Both the position numbers and the translations under genes were made by a program. 64,000 nt of DNA, from positions 147,169 to 211,168 of IMG/VR virus record IMGVR_UViG_3300042892_005961; one strand, given 5' to 3'. Positions within the stretch are counted from its first letter, which is position 1. Every line of letters starts with the position of its first letter. Below the pieces are notes generated by a model, which worked only from the letters and a program-made list of their open reading frames with translations, had not been told where the DNA came from and did not search any database. Below are positions 59,094 through 64,000 of the stretch, piece after piece.

Positions 59094-62000
59094 TTAACTA
59101 CCGAATGTTATTGATATTGGGTCGGCATATACAAATGGATTAGCTGATGTTACTGTTTGTGTGGCAGGTCCCGTTTGTATTGTAAAGATTCCGCCAATAG
59201 TATCAGCAAAGAACGTACCTGGTGTTGTACTTGTGTATGTTACAGTGTTAGCACCTTGTGTTATAGATATTGTACCACCATTAGTTGCCAATTCAGTAAA
59301 TTGAGTTGTGTAGTTGGTACCATTACTATCATCTAAATTGAAATAAATTTCATTAACACCGTTTGATTTATTTGGATTAAATGTTTCAGTTACTTCATTA
59401 GTTTCATTATTTCTTATTAAAAATATAGAATTACCATCTGATAACGGTGGTTGTGCATCAAAAATACCTCCTTCATCACTATAGAAATACCACGCACCTA
59501 TTCCTCCACCTATTGATGTTGGTGTGGGTGTCGGTGTTGGTCCTCCTAATCCTATACCTACAACGACATCAATCGAACCGCCAGACCATGTGTAAGTATA
59601 TGTTCCATTAGTTAAACCTAAACTTGATAATGTTTGACCTGTAAATGTTTGACTACTTGAAATATTTGCACCTGAAGTATAACCTGTTGGTACAATCAAT
59701 AAGTATGGTGGTGCCATATTCATGATTACACCAAACGATTGTCCAGTACCTGAACTATGTGGTAATCCAGAACCACTTCCAAAATTACTTGGTACAGATG
59801 TGAATCCACTATATGAACTACCTGATGAACCACTAGCCCCACAAACAAATGTTGCATTACTAATACCTAAACCTCCATTTCCAAATGGTCCAGCACTTGA
59901 TGATACTAAAGTTAATCCGCTAAGGTCAACTGTTCCCGATGCAGACATAACAACATTTGAACCAACTTCAGTTATTGTAACCGTCATTGGTGCTGAACCG
60001 GATGTCGGTGTAGGGGTGGGAGTACTTGTTGCTGGCACCTCTGTCGCCGTTGGTGTAGGAGTTGGTGTACTTGTCGGAGTAGGAGTTGGTGTTGAACATA
60101 AAATATCCGTACAATCCGTTACTATAGTTGCATTATCTAAATCATAATCATAATAAGGTCCGTCATCATTTCCTGCGATTGTATAACATATATTAGTATC
60201 AACATTAAATGTAAAACCAGACAAATTTATATCTGGGTCTAAACTCCTACCATATTTGTTATCACCTAAATTACAATTCAATAAATAATAGTAGTAATAA
60301 ATTGGTGTTGGTGTAGGAGTTGGTGTACTTGTTGCCGGTAAAGGTGTTTCAGTACTTGTCGGTTCTGGAGTTGGTGTACTTGTTGCTGCTAAAGGTGTTG
60401 GCGTTGGTGTATCTGTCGGTACCCCTGTTGGTACTGGTGTTGCCGTTGCAGGTTCAGGAGTACTTGTTGCCTCAGGTGTTGGTGTAGGTGTGTCTGTTGG
60501 AACGTTTGTTGGTTCTGTTGTAGATGTAGGTGTTGGAGTTGGTGTCGATTGACCTGAAACTAATATATCTATATAGAAAACCTCCCCAAATGTAAATGTA
60601 GAAACAGGCGAACTTTGTACTAATGATAATTTAGTTGAATCTAAAAAATACGAATAATTAAAACTGTCATATACCATAGCGCTATTTGTACCTGAATATA
60701 TTGCACTATTTCCATTTTGACATAATGTTACAGTAAATGAAGTACCTACTGCATTTCCGAAGTATGTTGTTTGGTCTGTTCCATCATTATCAATTTCATT
60801 AAAATATAATACCGAAGAATTAGTACCTAATATATTAACGAGATTTAATGCTGTTGCCGGTATAATATTTGATAACCAAAGTGATTCACCTGAACTTGGT
60901 GTTGTTAATAAATTTGACAACACATAAGGTTTACCACTACACGATGCAACTGGTGTTGGTGTTGGTGTCGGTGTATCTGTTGGACCTGATGTTGGTTCAG
61001 GAGTTGGTGTCGGCGTATCCGTCGGTGGGACTTCCGTTGCCGTTGGTGTAGGAGTTGACTCAACTGTTGGTTCAGGTGTTGGTGTATTAGTTGCCGGTAA
61101 TGGTGTTGCGGTCGATGTACAATCAAATGTTATTGATTTAGCAAAAACATCTGTAGGATTATTTCTATCTCTAATTGAAACCCAAAGAGTACCACTAGAA
61201 AACGGTGGTACAATACCTGTTGTTACAAAATTGTTTGGATTTGGTAATTCAAACCAACTGGTTTCTGCTAACGCCTCTTCTTCTGTATTAAATAAATTAT
61301 TACTTCTATCAATTACTCCCGAACCACCACCGTGATTAGATGTACTAATACGTCCACCAGCTGTACAATTATAACTGATAGTGAAATCTAAAGGTCCAAC
61401 CGTTATTGTAGGAGTTGGAGTACTCGTTGTTGTTGGTGTTGGTGTTGCCGTTGCCGGTTCAGGTGTTGGTGTTGCTGTTGGTGTGGAAGTTGGTAATGGG
61501 GTTGGTGTTTCAGTAGGTGCTAAAGTTGCTGCTGCGTAGAAATTAGCTTGTAATGTTGCCGTACTACCTGTTACATATACAATCGTAAACTTAGAATTTG
61601 CTGCAGGTAAATTAATTCCGTCTCCTGACCAATACCAAAAATCACTTAAACCATAATCTAAATTAATAGTGTATTGTTGATTTTTAATAACACCCGCACT
61701 TACATTTGATGTATATGTTTCACCATCAAAAATAATACTTGGTGATCCTGGTGGTACAATAATAGTTAATACCGCACCTTCAGGTGTTGATGTTGGTGTT
61801 GTTGTTGGTGTAGGTGTTCCTTCTGGGGTAGGAGTTGGTGTAGCGGTTGCTGGTGTACAGTTAACACCACTTACAAATTGACTATCGGTAAACTGAGTTA
61901 AGAAATATAATCCGCTACCATCGGCAAGAATGTAATACCCATCAAATAGTAATGAAACTGTTTCATTTGAATTTGAACTTACGTAAACATAATCAAAAAT

Positions 62001-62822
62001 TTCACCATCGACATAACCGATAATTGAATCCTGTGCGGAACAACTTGAATTCATTAAACAATCAAGTGCACTACAAGCGGTGGTTAAATCATTAAAAAAT
62101 GGACCCGTATTATCGGTATTACCAATTATTGTAATTTGATATGGATGATTAATTGGTTCATTCGTTGGTGTTGGTGTACTTGTTGCCGGTACAGGTGTGT
62201 CTGTTGGTACGGGAGTTGGTGTACTTGTTGCCGGTAAAGGTGTAGGAGTATCAGTTGGTACCGATGTTGCATCTGGCGTTGGTGTAGGAGTTGGTGTTGT
62301 TGATGTAGATTCTAATAAAATATTATCACCATTTTCTTGTAATAAACTATCACCATTCTCTTGTAATAAATTATCACCTAAATTATCAGTTGGTGTAGGT
62401 GTAGGTGTTGCCGTTGGTAAATTTGTAGGTGTAGGGGTTGGTGTTGGTAAATCTTCACCATATGTTGTAAAATAACCGTTATCATTTAACCAAGTTTTAG
62501 CATCACTACCATTTGTAAACGGTTCTAAACCATTTGTTATTGGTAAAACGTTTAATAAATCTAATAAAGATTGTTCGGTTAAATCTGTTGATCTCCAAAA
62601 ATTAATATAAGAATCTTCATCGACAGGTGTTGGGTGGTCACCTGTTGGTACTTGATTGGCAATAACATAACCTAACTCTTCATCAGGTCCCATCCACCAT
62701 TTAACCCCACCTGGATCTTGTGAATAATCTTGATCTGAAACACCTATTGCAATGTTTCCAATTTGTATTGTTCCGTCTATGGTGGAACCTGTGTTGTATG
62801 CGAAGGGTCTTGTTGTTGCCAT
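59094..62822 (-). CDS. Large multi-domain PT-linked protein (putative fibre or decoration)
   Basis: 1242 aa; about seven globular segments separated by long P/T/A/E linkers; TATTTATA at 62830..62837. Confidence 0.7.
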   Translation of the reverse strand: MATTRPFAYNTGSTIDGTIQIGNIAIGVSDQDYSQDPGGVKWWMGPDEELGYVIANQVPTGDHPTPVDEDSYINFWRSTDLTEQSLLDLLNVLPITNGLEPFTNGSDAKTWLNDNGYFTTYGEDLPTPTPTPTNLPTATPTPTPTDNLGDNLLQENGDSLLQENGDNILLESTSTTPTPTPTPDATSVPTDTPTPLPATSTPTPVPTDTPVPATSTPTPTNEPINHPYQITIIGNTDNTGPFFNDLTTACSALDCLMNSSCSAQDSIIGYVDGEIFDYVYVSSNSNETVSLLFDGYYILADGSGLYFLTQFTDSQFVSGVNCTPATATPTPTPEGTPTPTTTPTSTPEGAVLTIIVPPGSPSIIFDGETYTSNVSAGVIKNQQYTINLDYGLSDFWYWSGDGINLPAANSKFTIVYVTGSTATLQANFYAAATLAPTETPTPLPTSTPTATPTPEPATATPTPTTTSTPTPTITVGPLDFTISYNCTAGGRISTSNHGGGSGVIDRSNNLFNTEEEALAETSWFELPNPNNFVTTGIVPPFSSGTLWVSIRDRNNPTDVFAKSITFDCTSTATPLPATNTPTPEPTVESTPTPTATEVPPTDTPTPTPEPTSGPTDTPTPTPTPVASCSGKPYVLSNLLTTPSSGESLWLSNIIPATALNLVNILGTNSSVLYFNEIDNDGTDQTTYFGNAVGTSFTVTLCQNGNSAIYSGTNSAMVYDSFNYSYFLDSTKLSLVQSSPVSTFTFGEVFYIDILVSGQSTPTPTPTSTTEPTNVPTDTPTPTPEATSTPEPATATPVPTGVPTDTPTPTPLAATSTPTPEPTSTETPLPATSTPTPTPTPIYYYYYLLNCNLGDNKYGRSLDPDINLSGFTFNVDTNICYTIAGNDDGPYYDYDLDNATIVTDCTDILCSTPTPTPTSTPTPTPTATEVPATSTPTPTPTSGSAPMTVTITEVGSNVVMSASGTVDLSGLTLVSSSAGPFGNGGLGISNATFVCGASGSSGSSYSGFTSVPSNFGSGSGLPHSSGTGQSFGVIMNMAPPYLLIVPTGYTSGANISSSQTFTGQTLSSLGLTNGTYTYTWSGGSIDVVVGIGLGGPTPTPTPTSIGGGIGAWYFYSDEGGIFDAQPPLSDGNSIFLIRNNETNEVTETFNPNKSNGVNEIYFNLDDSNGTNYTTQFTELATNGGTISITQGANTVTYTSTTPGTFFADTIGGIFTIQTGPATQTVTSANPFVYADPISITFGS

Positions 62823-62848
62823 TATGTTATATAAATACTTTTATTTTT

Positions 62849-64000
62849 TTATAATCCGTATTTTGATTTGTCTGCGTTATAGTTATTCAAAACTTCAGTT
62901 GATGTTAATGCACTACTATATATTCTAGTTATACCAATCTTTCCATCAAACCATTGTGCATATTCACCTCCATTGTATGAACCAATGTATAAGTTTGTAG
63001 TCGTATTTAATATACTAGTCAAACTATGTCCTACACTACCGATACTTGTACCATTAACAAATGTTTGGAATGTATTTGCAGCAACATTGGTAAAAACGTA
63101 AACTATTTGATACCAATTGTTTATTGTTGTTGCGGTGTAATTTATACTATCTTGAATTAAAGTATCTCCCGAACCCGAACCCGAACCATATTGTGCATAA
63201 AATCTTGTACCAAAAGTTCTAATACTATAACCCACATTTGTCGAAAGTCCACCTGCATTAAATTTACCAAGTACTACATCGTTACCCGACACCGCCTGAT
63301 TGACCCAAACTTCTACTGTCCAATCACCACTTCCTGGTTCTAATGCTGCATTATCTGCAACTGAAATTTGTGATGAAGAACCATTGTATGTAAAGTATGG
63401 TGATGTGTGTGAGATATTACTCATTGTTCCATGTCTACCATTGCCACTCAAATCCGTAATGGTTGTTCCACTACCAGGATAAGATGATACATTAGAAGGG
63501 TCATAATGTAACACCAAATTACTCGTAGTAAATCCGTCCAATGTAACACTTGGTGTTGGGGTTATTGTGGGGGTACTCGTAGGCGTTGGTGTAGGAGTAG
63601 GTTCAACAAATCTCGGAGCCAAATAATTATATTGTTGTGTTATTTCAGATAAACTTAATTGTCTATTATAGAAATACATGTTGGCAATATGTCCCCAAGG
63701 TTGAGCAACAATATCATTATTACCCCATCCCCAATGTGTGGTTCCACCAGCACCCGCACTGATTGTGCTACCCACTTGGGAACCATTTATGTAGAATGTT
63801 TGAGACGTACTTGTTCCAACTACCGCATACTGAACCCAAACACCGGCAGATGCAACATCATATCCCGAACTTTTCAAAGAAGTATCCCAATATCCTAATG
63901 TGTTTGATGCGTTAGGGATTGTAATTGGTGTGTATTTTGGCGAGTTTGTGTAAAGTAATGTTCTAAATCCAGCAGTGCTTGTTATTAATCTTGCCCAAGT
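62849..64000 (-). CDS. Concanavalin A-like (LamG) tandem-domain protein, partial (starts beyond window end)
   Basis: Frame stays open from 63877 to 64000 (TWARLITSTAGFRTLLY...). LVLHYD, DLSGNGRHG, WTVEVWV, WYQIV, FDGKIGITRIYSSAL are LamG motifs; two domains joined by a PT linker. Confidence 0.85.
   Translation of the reverse strand, partial: TWARLITSTAGFRTLLYTNSPKYTPITIPNASNTLGYWDTSLKSSGYDVASAGVWVQYAVVGTSTSQTFYINGSQVGSTISAGAGGTTHWGWGNNDIVAQPWGHIANMYFYNRQLSLSEITQQYNYLAPRFVEPTPTPTPTSTPTITPTPSVTLDGFTTSNLVLHYDPSNVSSYPGSGTTITDLSGNGRHGTMSNISHTSPYFTYNGSSSQISVADNAALEPGSGDWTVEVWVNQAVSGNDVVLGKFNAGGLSTNVGYSIRTFGTRFYAQYGSGSGSGDTLIQDSINYTATTINNWYQIVYVFTNVAANTFQTFVNGTSIGSVGHSLTSILNTTTNLYIGSYNGGEYAQWFDGKIGITRIYSSALTSTEVLNNYNADKSKYGL

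Noticed and set aside
1023-62837. Reading TATAAATA on the plus strand as canonical T4 late promoters
   Set aside because: In that orientation they would point away from the adjacent genes. The motif flips with gene direction at 51335, so the functional strand reads TATTTATA.
7317-63898. Other short antisense or nested ORFs in the track (e.g. 7653..8003, 19198..19395, 25176..25517, 40879..41376, 44399..44773, 53704..53907)
   Set aside because: They lie opposite or within confident genes, have no recognisable motifs and are Leu/Ser/Phe-rich, as expected for antisense of AT-rich coding DNA.
1-64000. Stop-codon reassignment (TAG or TGA recoding)
   Set aside because: Genes are full length and tile densely under the standard bacterial code.
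1-64000. Eukaryotic giant virus or bacterial chromosome origin
   Set aside because: Sheath, tube, baseplate and neck genes with intrinsic terminators and no housekeeping genes indicate a tailed phage; no integrase or att site was seen.

Overview
This AT-rich window is a segment of a large contractile-tailed (myovirus-type) phage genome, almost entirely coded on the minus strand and truncated inside genes at both ends. It holds a tail/baseplate/neck module (sheath, tube, assembly chaperone, tape measure, hub, LysM-like, gp25-, gp6- and gp7-like wedge proteins, neck and tail-completion proteins). This is interleaved with a replication block (class II ribonucleotide reductase, DnaB-like helicase, 5'-3' exonuclease, RecA/UvsX, SSB, family B DNA polymerase, SNF2-like helicase). 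Two clusters encode unusual Pro/Thr-repeat-linked, Cys-rich modular proteins that share domains with each other. Notable non-coding signals: (1) a strand-specific TATTTAT(A/T) motif just upstream of about 17 mostly structural genes; (2) a 15/16 match to a bacterial parS palindrome next to 15-bp direct repeats between sheath and tube; (3) an unannotated ribbon-helix-helix-like gene with an operator-like array, divergent from the sheath gene; (4) a candidate UUU_CGC +1 frameshift at the end of the tail chaperone gene. No CRISPR array, tRNA, rRNA, intein or integrase was seen. All functional calls come from motif recognition by eye, not from database searches. A Bacteroidetes host is a tentative inference.
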